Positions 36,454-46,172 of a DNA stretch of 64,000 bases are shown piece after piece (positions within the stretch are counted from its first letter, which is position 1; the number at the start of each line of letters is the position of its first letter). The position numbers and the translations under genes were made by a program. Below the pieces are notes generated by a model. It saw nothing but the letters and a program-made list of their open reading frames with translations, did no database searches and had not been told where the DNA came from. The stretch lies in NCBI GenBank assembly GCA_964587165.1, contig CAZPKH010000004.1:9397-73396 (forward strand), given 5' to 3'. The DNA comes from an uncultured Muribaculaceae bacterium. Lineage in GTDB: Bacteria; Bacteroidota; Bacteroidia; Bacteroidales; Muribaculaceae.

Positions 36454-36645
36454 CTATTCTCTCTTAGTTTTTTCGAGATATTCAGCAAGTGCATCTTTTG
36501 CCGGCACAATCCGGGGCAAGCCATTTGCGTCGGCAAAGACCATATCTTGGCCAAGAGCCGCCTTTCGACGCAATAAATTCTCGTAGGATTGTTTCAACCC
36601 TTCCGTGATTTTTTAAAACATTTTCAGTTCCTCTTGTTCAGACAT
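36454..36645 (-). pseudogene. Small partner ORF of the zeta-like gene, interrupted by an in-frame TAA
   Basis: MSEQEELKMF-TAA-KITEGLKQSYENLLRRKAALGQDMVFADANGLPRIVPAKDALAEYLEKTKRE. The ATG at 36645 overlaps the 3' end of the zeta-like gene. The stop codon is at 36613-36615. Confidence 0.45.
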
Positions 36646-37202
36646 GACTCCTTGATTTTAAAGAATAAATCGTTATTAAGTATTTTCGTGTTATTCGCTA
36701 CAGGAACTGTATCATCAACATTATCAAAAAACATCCAACTGTCTACGATGGGAACAAAAATATTGAAGAAATTCTTTAATCCCAACCAATATCGGCGAAT
36801 AATTATATCTTTTGGAATATTATGACCTCCCTCACTTACACGCTTTGCCACGCGTTCAATAGCCATTTCCGGAGACGATAGCCAAAAAAAGAGAAGCACA
36901 CTTGATATCCCAATTCTCTCGCCCTAACAACCAAACGAGCATAGCTTCGGGTGGCCAAAGTGGTTTCGATAGCGAACGTGCTTTTCCTTTCAAGCAATGT
37001 CTCGATACGCTGAAGCATCAATTTCCCGGCCTCTAAAGCAACAGACTCCGGATTGAATGGCGACAATCCTTTGGCGATCTCGTCTGCATTAACAAACTCA
37101 CTACACCCCAGCAAATCCGGCAATACCGAATATGATGCCGTAGTCTTTCCGGCACCGTTGCATCCTGCTATAATATAGAATATAGAGTGTAGGTTTAGTC
37201 AT
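36624..37202 (-). pseudogene. Zeta-toxin / P-loop kinase family gene disrupted by two frameshifts
   Basis: Track ORFs 36836-37123 and 36624-36899 are two frames of one gene. The P-loop IIAGCNGAGKTT lies upstream in the frame of the first ORF. A 7-bp tandem duplication (37172-37185) separates the ATG at 37202 from the P-loop. A second shift falls at the A7 run 36884-36890. Confidence 0.8.
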
Positions 37203-37353
37203 CTGAAGATTCTATAACTCATGAATTAGGGTGTTACAAATATAGGATATTATATTTAAGCAAGCTCTATAATATATGTTAATACTCTTATTTCGCCCAA
37301 CTGAGGGGAAGCAGTTATTCTTGACAGAGGGTTAGAATCCGCGGAATTTTTTG

Positions 37354-37361
37354 TATCTTTG
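37354..37361 (+). promoter_or_regulatory. -7 box TATCTTTG for rfbD
   Basis: Matches TAnnTTTG, 25 nt upstream of ATG 37386. Confidence 0.5.
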
Positions 37362-37385
37362 TGCCGACAAAAGAACGAAAGAGAA

Positions 37386-38264
37386 ATGAAGATTTTAGTG
37401 ACCGGTTGCCGTGGTCAGCTCGGCAACGAAATGCGCATTATACTGGAAGACCGTATGCCCGGCATCACGGTATATACCGATGTCGATGAGCTCGACCTCA
37501 CCGATGCCGATGCCGTACGCCGGTTTGTGGCCGCAGGCGAGTTCACTCATATACTGAACTGCGCCGCTTATACTGCCGTCGACAAAGCCGAGGGCGAAGG
37601 AGCGCGTGCATGTCAGGCAGTGAATGTCGACGCCGTGCAAAATCTCGCCACAGCAGCCTACGAAGCCGGTGCCAAGGTGGTGCACGTATCGACCGACTAT
37701 GTGTTCGACGGTACCGCCCACACCCCTTACCGCGAGAGCGACAAGGTGAATCCTACCTCGCACTACGGCACCACAAAGCGCAAAGGCGAGATGGTGCTTC
37801 TTGCCATGGCTCCCGAGAGTGTGATAGTGCGCACGGCATGGCTCTACTCGCCGTTCGGCGCAAACTTTGTCAAGACTATGCGACGCCTCGGCCGCGAGCG
37901 CTCGGAGCTTGGCGTTGTGGCCGACCAGGTAGGCACCCCCACCTACGCCCGCGATCTGGCCGACGCTATCTATTCGATAATCACGGCTCAGCAATGGGTG
38001 CCCGGCATATACCATTTCACTGACGAGGGCGTAGCGTCATGGTACGACTTCACCAAGGCGATACACCGCCTGTCTGGCATCACCGGATGCGACGTGCGCC
38101 CCTTAAGCACCGACGACTACCCCACTGCGGCCACCCGCCCGGCCTACTCGGTGCTCGACAAAACTTTGATCAAAAAGACTTTCGGAATCACCATACCTCA
38201 CTGGGAGGAGAGCCTCGCCGACTGCATCGCGCGCCTCGAAGTGATGGAAAAAGAAGAAAAATAA
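37386..38264 (+). CDS. rfbD: dTDP-4-dehydrorhamnose reductase
   Basis: MKILVTGCRGQLG, NCAAYTAVD and STDYVFDG motifs. Start moved to the internal ATG. Confidence 0.88.
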   Translation: MKILVTGCRGQLGNEMRIILEDRMPGITVYTDVDELDLTDADAVRRFVAAGEFTHILNCAAYTAVDKAEGEGARACQAVNVDAVQNLATAAYEAGAKVVHVSTDYVFDGTAHTPYRESDKVNPTSHYGTTKRKGEMVLLAMAPESVIVRTAWLYSPFGANFVKTMRRLGRERSELGVVADQVGTPTYARDLADAIYSIITAQQWVPGIYHFTDEGVASWYDFTKAIHRLSGITGCDVRPLSTDDYPTAATRPAYSVLDKTLIKKTFGITIPHWEESLADCIARLEVMEKEEK

Positions 38265-38332
38265 ACACTGACGGGCACCGCTTGCGGCTGTTGGGCTGCC
38301 GGCGGTGCTCTTGCTATATCTGAGCACGATAT

Positions 38333-39913
38333 ATGTCAACACTGACCGACGAAATAAGCCGCCGGCGCACGTTCGCCATCATCTCACACCCCGACGCCGG
38401 CAAGACCACTCTCACCGAGAAGCTCCTTCTATTCGGTGGCGCCATCCATGTGGCCGGCGCCGTGAAGAGCAACAAGATCAAGAAAACAGCCACTTCCGAC
38501 TGGATGGAGATCGAGAAGCAGCGCGGCATCTCTGTGGCTACCTCGGTGATGGGCTTCAACTACGGCGACTACAAGATCAACATCCTCGACACCCCCGGCC
38601 ACCAGGATTTCGCCGAAGATACTTACCGCACCCTTACGGCTGTCGACTCCGTAATCATAGTGGTCGACGTGGCCAAAGGCGTGGAACAGCAGACCCGCAA
38701 GCTCATGGAGGTGTGCCGGATGCGCAACACTCCGGTGATCATCTTCGTAAACAAGCTCGACCGCGAGGGCCGCGATCCGTTCGATATACTCGACGAGCTC
38801 GAATCTGAGCTCAAGATCAGCGTCCGCCCGCTGTCGTGGCCCATCAATATCGGGGCGCGCTTCAAGGGCGTATACAATATTTATGAAAACTCGCTCGACC
38901 TTTTCACCCCCGACAAGCAGCGAGTGTCGGAGCGCGTGGAGATCGACTCTGTCGACGATCCGCGTATCGACGAGGCAGTAGGCGAAGCCGACGCCGCCAA
39001 GCTGCGCGAGGATCTGGAGCTGATCGAAGGTGTATACCCGCAGTTCGACGAGCAGGAGTATCTTGCCGGCCAGGTAGCTCCGGTATTCTTCGGATCGGCG
39101 CTCAACACCTTCGGTGTCAAGGAGCTGCTCGACTGCTTCGTCAAGATCGCACCGTCGCCGCGACCCGTGGCTGCCGAAGAGCGTACGATCGACCCCGCCG
39201 AGGAAGCTTTCAGCGGATTCATCTTCAAGATACACGCCAATATGGACCCCAACCACCGCTCGTGCATAGCTTTCTGCAAAATTTGCTCCGGCAAGTTTGA
39301 GCGCAACGAGGGGTATCGGCATATCCGCTCGGGCAAAGTGATGCGCTTTGCCTCGCCCACCGCTTTCATGGCTCAGAAAAAGAGCGTGGTCGACGAGGCT
39401 TACCCCGGCGACATCGTCGGCATACCCGATACAGGCAACTTCAAGATCGGCGACACCCTCACATCCGGCGAGACGCTGCACTTCAAGGGGCTGCCGTCGT
39501 TCTCGCCCGAGATGTTCAAATATATCGAGAACACCGACCCCATGAAGTCCAAACAGCTTGAAAAAGGGATCCAGCAGCTCATGGACGAAGGTGTTGCGCA
39601 GCTTTTTGTAAACCAGTTCAACGGCCGCAAGATAATCGGCACCGTCGGGCAGCTCCAGTTTGAAGTGATACAGTACCGTCTGCAGCACGAGTACGGAGCG
39701 CAGTGCCGCTGGGAGCCGATGTCGATGTACAAAGCGTGCTGGATAGAGAGCGACGACGCCGAAGCATTGGCCGCCTTCAAGAAGCGCAAATATCAGTTCA
39801 TGGCCACCGACCGCGACGGCCGCGACGTATTCATGGCCGACTCGTCGTATGTGCTCACCATGGCTCAGCAAGACTTCCCCAAGCTGAAGTTTCATTTTTC
39901 GAGCGAATTTTAA
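38333..39913 (+). CDS. prfC: Peptide chain release factor 3
   Basis: 526 aa. GTPase motifs [22 protein letters not shown] and NKLD. Confidence 0.95.
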   Translation: MSTLTDEISRRRTFAIISHPDAGKTTLTEKLLLFGGAIHVAGAVKSNKIKKTATSDWMEIEKQRGISVATSVMGFNYGDYKINILDTPGHQDFAEDTYRTLTAVDSVIIVVDVAKGVEQQTRKLMEVCRMRNTPVIIFVNKLDREGRDPFDILDELESELKISVRPLSWPINIGARFKGVYNIYENSLDLFTPDKQRVSERVEIDSVDDPRIDEAVGEADAAKLREDLELIEGVYPQFDEQEYLAGQVAPVFFGSALNTFGVKELLDCFVKIAPSPRPVAAEERTIDPAEEAFSGFIFKIHANMDPNHRSCIAFCKICSGKFERNEGYRHIRSGKVMRFASPTAFMAQKKSVVDEAYPGDIVGIPDTGNFKIGDTLTSGETLHFKGLPSFSPEMFKYIENTDPMKSKQLEKGIQQLMDEGVAQLFVNQFNGRKIIGTVGQLQFEVIQYRLQHEYGAQCRWEPMSMYKACWIESDDAEALAAFKKRKYQFMATDRDGRDVFMADSSYVLTMAQQDFPKLKFHFSSEF

Positions 39914-39939
39914 CCCAATAAGATACAACACATTATAAT

Positions 39940-40989
39940 ATGTACGCGCAGTCTGAGCACCGTCTCCCGGCCGAATGGGAGGATCATCGGGTCATTTTGA
40001 TGGCGTGGCCGCACGCGGCTACCGACTGGGAGCCTATGCTCGCCGAGGCACAGGAGTGCTATGTGAGGATCATCGAGGCTATCGCCCGCTTTGAGACTGT
40101 GCTGCTTATCTCGCCCGACCCTGCCGAACCAATGGCTCGTCTGGCTCACATTGACCCTGAAAGAATCGTATTTGCCGCCGTGCCGACCAACGATACTTGG
40201 ACGCGCGACTACGGCCCTATCACGATAGCCGACGGCGATTCGCTCTTCCCGGCCGACTTTGTGTTCAACGGCTGGGGCATGAAATTTCCGGCAAATCTCG
40301 ATAATGAGGTGAACCGGCGCCTGCGCTCGGCCGGCATCTTGCGTGCGTTGCGCAATCGCCGCAATATGGTGCTCGAAGGGGGCTCTATCGAGTCGAACGG
40401 TTGCGGCGCCATCATGACTACGTCGCAGTGCCTGTATGAATTCAACCGCAACAGCGGTATGACCGAGGCCGAAATAATCGAGCGTCTGTCGGATATTCTC
40501 GGTGCACGCGCCGACATGCTTGTGCTCGATCATGGCAGCATATCGGGCGACGATACCGACGGACATATCGACACGCTCGCCCGATTTGCCGATCCGCAGA
40601 CTATCCTATACGTCGCGCCTCCGGCCGACAGCGCCGATGCCGACCATCGCGGGCTTTCGCTTATGGAGCGCGAGCTGCGCGCAAAATGGCCGTACAAGCT
40701 TGTGGCTCTCCCCTTCGCCGGACCGGTATATGATCCCGACGACGGCTCCCGTCTGCCGGCCACATACGCCAACTTCCTGATCACTCCGACGGCTGTCATC
40801 GTGCCTACCTACGGCCTCGCCACCGATGCCGAAGCTCTCGCCACGATAGGGAGCTGCTTCCCCGGGCGGGAGTGTGTGGGCGTAGACTGCCGCGCGCTGA
40901 TACGCCAGCACGGTTCGCTGCACTGCGCCACGATGCAACTCTACGGCTCGACACTCAACCTTGATGCCTCCTCAATACGCCGATTATGA
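39940..40989 (+). CDS. aguA: Agmatine deiminase
   Basis: 349 aa. Carries WTRDYGP, DGHIDTLARF and GSLHCATMQ. Confidence 0.88.
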   Translation: MYAQSEHRLPAEWEDHRVILMAWPHAATDWEPMLAEAQECYVRIIEAIARFETVLLISPDPAEPMARLAHIDPERIVFAAVPTNDTWTRDYGPITIADGDSLFPADFVFNGWGMKFPANLDNEVNRRLRSAGILRALRNRRNMVLEGGSIESNGCGAIMTTSQCLYEFNRNSGMTEAEIIERLSDILGARADMLVLDHGSISGDDTDGHIDTLARFADPQTILYVAPPADSADADHRGLSLMERELRAKWPYKLVALPFAGPVYDPDDGSRLPATYANFLITPTAVIVPTYGLATDAEALATIGSCFPGRECVGVDCRALIRQHGSLHCATMQLYGSTLNLDASSIRRL

Positions 40990-41885
40990 AAACAGCACTC
41001 ATACAGCTCAAGATCACTCCCGACACGGCAGCCAACCGTGCCCGCATAGCCGCCCAACTGCGCCAAGCTGCTGCATCCGGGGCAGAACTGGCTGTGCTTC
41101 AGGAGCTGCACGACACTCCCTACTTCTGCCAGAACGAGGATGTCGACACTTTCGATCTCGCCACACCTATCCCTGGCCCGGCTACCGATTTCTACTCGGC
41201 CATAGCTGCTGAGACTGGCCTGGTGATCGTGACATCAATGTTTGAGCGCCGGGCACCGGGGCTGTATCATAACACAGCCGTAGTGTTCGAACGCGACGGC
41301 TCGACAGCCGGCATCTACCGCAAAATGCACATACCCGACGACCCGGCATACTACGAGAAGTTTTACTTCACCCCCGGCGATCTCGGATTTGAGCCCATCG
41401 ACACCTCCGCAGGGCGCCTTGGAGTGCTCGTGTGCTGGGATCAATGGTACCCGGAAGCTGCCCGGCTGATGGCTCTCCGCGGCGCCGATATCCTGATATA
41501 TCCCACCGCCATAGGGTATGCCGACGCCGACACCCCCGACGAGCAGGAGCGCCAGCGGCAGGCATGGATCACCGTGCAACGCGGCCATGCCGTGGCCAAC
41601 GGATTGCCCGTCGTCACGGTCAACCGCACCGGCTTCGAGCCCGATCCCTCGGGAGCGACTCCGGGCATACGGTTCTGGGGGTCGAGCTTTGCTGCAGGCC
41701 CGCAGGGCGAGATACTGTGGCAGGCTCCTGTCGACGACGAAGCCACAATGATAGTCGACATCGACATGCGCCGCTCCGAGCAGGTGCGCCGCTGGTGGCC
41801 GTTCCTGCGCGACCGCCGCATCGACGCTTACGGCGGCCTCACCTCACGATTCCTTGACAAACCACTCAACAGTCAATCAAAATAA
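40986..41885 (+). CDS. aguB: N-carbamoylputrescine amidase (nitrilase superfamily)
   Basis: 299 aa. The catalytic Cys context is [12 protein letters not shown]. 4-nt overlap with aguA. Confidence 0.85.
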   Translation: MKTALIQLKITPDTAANRARIAAQLRQAAASGAELAVLQELHDTPYFCQNEDVDTFDLATPIPGPATDFYSAIAAETGLVIVTSMFERRAPGLYHNTAVVFERDGSTAGIYRKMHIPDDPAYYEKFYFTPGDLGFEPIDTSAGRLGVLVCWDQWYPEAARLMALRGADILIYPTAIGYADADTPDEQERQRQAWITVQRGHAVANGLPVVTVNRTGFEPDPSGATPGIRFWGSSFAAGPQGEILWQAPVDDEATMIVDIDMRRSEQVRRWWPFLRDRRIDAYGGLTSRFLDKPLNSQSK

Positions 41886-43417
41886 TGGTTCAAGAAAAGA
41901 TTATTATCCTTGACTTCGGCTCGCAGACCACTCAGCTGATAGCCCGCCGCATCCGCGAGCTTAACCAGTACTGCGAAATTCTGCCGTACAACAAATTTCC
42001 TGAAGGCGCTGAGGCCGAAGGGGTAATCGGTGTGATACTCTCCGGATCGCCCTTCTCCGTCTACGACCCCGCGGCCTTCAAGATCGACGTCGAAGCTCTT
42101 GCCTCCCGCTATCCGCTGCTCGGCATATGCTACGGCGCTCAGCTCATGGCCTATCAGGCAGGCGGCTCGGTCGAGCCCGCAGCCTCCCGCGAGTACGGAC
42201 GTGCCAAGCTGGTGAAGGTCGACGACGCCGACCCGCTGATGGCCGGCATACTACCCGGCGCGCAGGTGTGGATGAGCCACGGCGACACCATAACATCGCT
42301 CCCCGACGGTTTCGGCATCGTAGCTTCGACCGACGATGTGCCTGTGGCAGCCTACCGCGTGGCAGGCAAGCAGCGCTGGGGCGTACAGTTTCATCCCGAG
42401 GTATACCACTCGGAGTGCGGCGCACAGCTTCTCAAAAACTTTGTTGTCGGGATATGCGGCGGCCATCAGGCATGGAGCGCCGACTCTTTTATAGAGACAA
42501 CCGTCCGGCAGTTGCGCGACACTCTCGGCGACGACCGTGTGATACTCGGCCTCTCGGGGGGTGTGGACTCGTCGGTAGCGGCTGTATTGCTCAACCGCGC
42601 CATCGGCGACCGCCTCACCTGCATATTCGTGGATCACGGCATGCTGCGTAAGAATGAAGCGCGCGATGTGATCGAAGATTACCGCGGCCTCGGCCTCAAT
42701 GTAGTAGGCGTCGACGCGTCGGCCAAATTTTTCACCGAGCTGGCCGGTGTCACCGAGCCCGAGCGCAAGCGCAAAATCATAGGCGCCGGCTTCATAGACG
42801 TGTTCGAGCAGGAAGCCAAAAAGGTAGAGGGTGCACGCTGGCTCGGGCAGGGCACAATCTACCCTGACTGCATCGAGTCGCTTTCGATCACAGGCACAAC
42901 CATAAAAAGCCATCACAATGTGGGCGGACTGCCCGAGCGCATGAACCTCAAGCTCGTAGAGCCGCTTCGCTGGCTGTTCAAGGACGAAGTGCGTCGTGTA
43001 GGGCGTGCCCTCGGGATGCCCGAGCACCTTATTTCGCGCCATCCGTTCCCGGGCCCCGGCCTGGCAGTACGTATACTCGGCGACATCACCCCTGAGAAAG
43101 TAGCCACACTCCAGGAAGCCGACCATATATTCATCGACGGCCTGCGCCGCTGGGGTCTCTACGACAAAGTATGGCAGGCAGGCGTAGTGCTTCTGCCGGT
43201 ACAGACAGTAGGCGTGATGGGCGACGAGCGCACCTACGAGCGCGCTGTAGCTCTCCGCGCCGTGACATCGACCGATGCCATGACAGCCGACTGGGCACAC
43301 CTACCCTACGAATTTTTGGCCGAGATCTCGTCGATGATCATCAACAAAGTGCGCGGCGTAAACCGCGTATGCTACGACATCTCCTCCAAACCGCCAAGCA
43401 CCATCGAGTGGGAATAA
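41885..43417 (+). CDS. guaA: GMP synthase (glutamine-hydrolysing)
   Basis: 510 aa. GATase motif GICYGAQ, ATP-PPase motif SGGVDSSV, and the C-terminal [13 protein letters not shown] overlap with aguB. Confidence 0.95.
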   Translation: MVQEKIIILDFGSQTTQLIARRIRELNQYCEILPYNKFPEGAEAEGVIGVILSGSPFSVYDPAAFKIDVEALASRYPLLGICYGAQLMAYQAGGSVEPAASREYGRAKLVKVDDADPLMAGILPGAQVWMSHGDTITSLPDGFGIVASTDDVPVAAYRVAGKQRWGVQFHPEVYHSECGAQLLKNFVVGICGGHQAWSADSFIETTVRQLRDTLGDDRVILGLSGGVDSSVAAVLLNRAIGDRLTCIFVDHGMLRKNEARDVIEDYRGLGLNVVGVDASAKFFTELAGVTEPERKRKIIGAGFIDVFEQEAKKVEGARWLGQGTIYPDCIESLSITGTTIKSHHNVGGLPERMNLKLVEPLRWLFKDEVRRVGRALGMPEHLISRHPFPGPGLAVRILGDITPEKVATLQEADHIFIDGLRRWGLYDKVWQAGVVLLPVQTVGVMGDERTYERAVALRAVTSTDAMTADWAHLPYEFLAEISSMIINKVRGVNRVCYDISSKPPSTIEWE

Positions 43418-43435
43418 TCCCGCTTTAAATCATAC

Positions 43436-43472
43436 AATCAGCCACTTAGCGATCGTCGCTGAGTGGCTGATT
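43436..43472. terminator. Hairpin terminator between convergent guaA and the GH13 gene
   Basis: AATCAGCCACTTAGCGA pairs with TCGCTGAGTGGCTGATT (17-bp arms), 19 nt after the guaA stop. Confidence 0.65.
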
Positions 43473-43473
43473 G

Positions 43474-43598
43474 GTTAAAATAACGCCTTCAAACTCGGAG
43501 GTCGGGTACTTCAGCGCCCGACATTATCTTCGACTGACGTTATCCTCGGGCCATGAATGACCCGATCTCCAAGGACTCGCCCTCCGAGTTTGCTCTTG
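43474..43598 (-). repeat. Structured intergenic repeat, copy A (best preserved)
   Basis: Perfect 12-bp closing helix CAAACTCGGAGG (43490-43501) / CCTCCGAGTTTG (43581-43592). It encloses two TCGGG-N10-CCCGA hairpins (43502-43521, 43546-43565). The CAAGAGCA block and TTATTTT tail are read on the minus strand. Confidence 0.65.
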
Positions 43599-43620
43599 GG
43601 GTGGGTGTTGGGGCTTTTTC

Positions 43621-45330
43621 TTAATGTTTGGTTTTGTGGGAGAGGTTCTTGTGGCGGATGCGCCATACGGCTGCGCCATAGGGGGCAAGCGCGACGGCAA
43701 ACGGGGCGTCGGGAGAGAATGTCTTCTGCATCTTGTCGCCGGTGAGCAGTTCCTGGGCCACACAGGTGCCTTGAGGCAGCCCTAACAGCTCGAAAGCGTG
43801 TGCCGGGATATTGACCTGGAGTGTGTGGGGGCGAGAGTCGAAGTTGGCCGCCACGACAAGTGTCTCGTCGCCGTGCGAACGCAGGAAAAGGTAGTGGCGA
43901 TGGGGGTCGACTGTCGGATTCTCGTAATTTACATACATCAGATCGAAGAACGCACCTTCGCGTATAGCAGGCTCTGAGTTGCAGAGTTTCAGCACCTTGG
44001 CATAGAACGCCCGTAGTCGCTGCTCGGCAGGTGTAAGCCGTGCGTTGCCGGGATGGCCGCCGTTGAGCCAGCGGCGCAGGGTGGGTATGCTCCAGTAGTC
44101 GAATATTGTGGTGCGTCCGTCGTGGCCGCTGTACCCTTCGGCATCGACGGCCTGCTCGCCGAGCTCCTGACCGGCGTAAATCATCACCGGGCCCGAGCTT
44201 ATCATGGTGCTCACGACAAACGGAGCCGCGATCTTCGAGGGGTCGCCGGCGAAAAATCTCGAGCCGAAACGTTGCTCGTCGTGGTTTTCGAGGAAGTTGA
44301 GCATGTTAGCCCCTATCCCCTCGACTGTCTGCCAGCAGTTTGTGATGGTTGCGGCAGAGTAGTTGGAGCAAAGCACACCGCGCAGAGTGTCGTATAGACC
44401 GACCTTATCGTAGAGGAAGTCGAAGCCGCCGATATGGATGAAATCGCGGTAAAGAGCCGGATCGTAAATCTCGGCTATGAATTTGATATACGGATAGTAG
44501 CGGCGCACTTCGGCGATGGCCCAGTGCCAGAACTCGAGGGGCACCATGTGCACCATATCGCAGCGGAAGGCATCGACACCGCGTGATGCCCAGAAGCGGA
44601 GTATGTTGAGCATCTTGATCCATGTGTCGGGGATCGGGTCGAAATGGGTCGACCCGTCGCCGTAGTCGCGGCCATAGTTGAGCTTCACGGTGTCGTACCA
44701 GTCGAAACGGCCGGGAAAAGCTGTGAAGCAGTCGTTGCCCGACACTTTTGCGGGGAACTCCACATAGGCATCATCGCCGGAGCCCATATCGACGTCAGGC
44801 GAGAATCGTTGGCGGGGTATGTAGTAGAAATTGTTGTTCGGAGCGAAGTACTTCGAGTTGTCGTCGTCCTGTCCAAGATCGTTCACACCTATGGGGCGAG
44901 AGTCGGAGTGATACTGTCGGGCCACATGGTTTGGCACGAAGTCGATCACCACTTTCATGCCGGCCTTATGGGTGCGCGATACGAGAGCGTCGAACTCGGC
45001 CATACGGTTTGGCACATCGACAGCGAGATCGGGAGCTATGTCGTAATAGTCGGTGATGGCATACGGCGAGCCGGCGCGCCCTTTCACCACATGGGGGTCG
45101 GAGGCCGGTATGCCGTACTGCGAATAATCGGTCGTGGTGGCATGCTCTATCACGCCGGTATACCAAACGTGAGTCACACCAAGATCGGCTATCTGCCCGA
45201 GTACTTCGGAGGTTATATCGTTGAGCTTTCCGCAACCGTTCTGCTCTATGGTGCCGTCGGGCACGGGAGCTTCATTGGAGTTTCCGAACAGGCGGGTGAA
45301 TATCTGATAGATTACAGGCTTGGTGTCCAT
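43621..45330 (-). CDS. Cytoplasmic GH13 alpha-amylase family glycoside hydrolase
   Basis: 569 aa with no signal peptide. Carries VIDFVPNHVAR, GVDAFRCDMVHMV and FLENHDEQRF. Confidence 0.85.
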   Translation of the reverse strand: MDTKPVIYQIFTRLFGNSNEAPVPDGTIEQNGCGKLNDITSEVLGQIADLGVTHVWYTGVIEHATTTDYSQYGIPASDPHVVKGRAGSPYAITDYYDIAPDLAVDVPNRMAEFDALVSRTHKAGMKVVIDFVPNHVARQYHSDSRPIGVNDLGQDDDNSKYFAPNNNFYYIPRQRFSPDVDMGSGDDAYVEFPAKVSGNDCFTAFPGRFDWYDTVKLNYGRDYGDGSTHFDPIPDTWIKMLNILRFWASRGVDAFRCDMVHMVPLEFWHWAIAEVRRYYPYIKFIAEIYDPALYRDFIHIGGFDFLYDKVGLYDTLRGVLCSNYSAATITNCWQTVEGIGANMLNFLENHDEQRFGSRFFAGDPSKIAAPFVVSTMISSGPVMIYAGQELGEQAVDAEGYSGHDGRTTIFDYWSIPTLRRWLNGGHPGNARLTPAEQRLRAFYAKVLKLCNSEPAIREGAFFDLMYVNYENPTVDPHRHYLFLRSHGDETLVVAANFDSRPHTLQVNIPAHAFELLGLPQGTCVAQELLTGDKMQKTFSPDAPFAVALAPYGAAVWRIRHKNLSHKTKH

Positions 45331-45333
45331 TAT

Positions 45334-46128
45334 TTAAGATTTATGTAATGTGAATCCGGCAGCGCGGAGAGTGGCCGCAGCGTTCTGATAGCCGGCGTTG
45401 TAGACGGAGCGTATACCCTTGAGGTCAAACACTTTATATTGTGCTATCTCGGTGGTCTCGACCGCAAGATCGCAGAGCGCGAGATCGGCCACCACATTGT
45501 TTTTCACCAGGATATTGTACGACTGCTGCGCCAAACCCAGCAGCGAGTTCTTATATTTCTTCTGCACCACGGGGCTTACGTTCACCCCTAAGAGGTATTT
45601 GCATTTGTCGCGTATGATCCACGACGGGAGGTTGTGTAGCATCCCGCCGTCGACATAGTGTATGCCGTCGATCTTCTGCGGCTGAAACACGATCGGTATC
45701 GAGCACGAGGCAGCCACACAGTCGGCGATGTTGCCTTTGGAGAATACGGCCGGCACGCCGTGGTCGATATCGGTTGCGCCAATATAGGTAGGCACGGGCA
45801 GATCCTCGATGTTTTCGTACGGTATGGTGCGCCGCAGAAATTTCTTGAATCCGTCCATCTTGAAGAAACCGGCTTTCGGCACCCCAAGCTCGGCAAACGA
45901 CATAAACGACTCCTCGCTGAAAGCTTCAAGGATCTGAGCCGGAGTCATGCGCGCGGCATACATCACAGCCACTACCGAGCCGGCACTCACACCCGCAATC
46001 ACGTTGGGGCGTATGCCGGCCTCTTCCATCGCCTGAAGAGCGCCGCAGTGAGCGAAGCCGCGGGCTCCGCCTCCGCTCAGGGCGATCCCTACGCGGGCTT
46101 GCTGCTGGGCTGACCGAAATCTGAACAT
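45334..46128 (-). CDS. Patatin-like phospholipase
   Basis: 264 aa. Carries GIALSGGGARGFAH and GVSAGS (nucleophile elbow). Its stop is 3 nt from the GH13 start. Confidence 0.85.
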   Translation of the reverse strand: MFRFRSAQQQARVGIALSGGGARGFAHCGALQAMEEAGIRPNVIAGVSAGSVVAVMYAARMTPAQILEAFSEESFMSFAELGVPKAGFFKMDGFKKFLRRTIPYENIEDLPVPTYIGATDIDHGVPAVFSKGNIADCVAASCSIPIVFQPQKIDGIHYVDGGMLHNLPSWIIRDKCKYLLGVNVSPVVQKKYKNSLLGLAQQSYNILVKNNVVADLALCDLAVETTEIAQYKVFDLKGIRSVYNAGYQNAAATLRAAGFTLHKS

Positions 46129-46156
46129 CTGTGCTACCGGTGTTTAAGGGGTGAAC

Positions 46157-46166
46157 GGGGGGGGGG
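46157..46166. repeat. G10 homopolymer (C10 on the coding strand)
   Basis: Ten G in the context GAAC-G10-A. It sits 6 nt after the alaS stop and 28 nt upstream of the patatin ATG. Confidence 0.9.
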
Positions 46167-46172
46167 ATACAG

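Noticed and set aside
38429-39931. 500-aa ORF antisense to prfC
   Set aside because: It lies entirely within and opposite a strongly supported GTPase gene. Its Ala/Gly/Val/His-rich, low-complexity translation is typical of stop-poor antisense frames in GC-rich DNA, and no family signature is present.
42251-43300. 349-aa ORF antisense to guaA
   Set aside because: It is an antisense frame of a well-supported gene, with no motifs and no promoter box.
43524-43763. 79-aa and 62-aa ORFs (43557-43745) across repeat copy A and the 3' end of the GH13 gene
   Set aside because: Both overlap a structured repeat and the end of a real gene. Their Arg/Pro-rich translations indicate chance frames.
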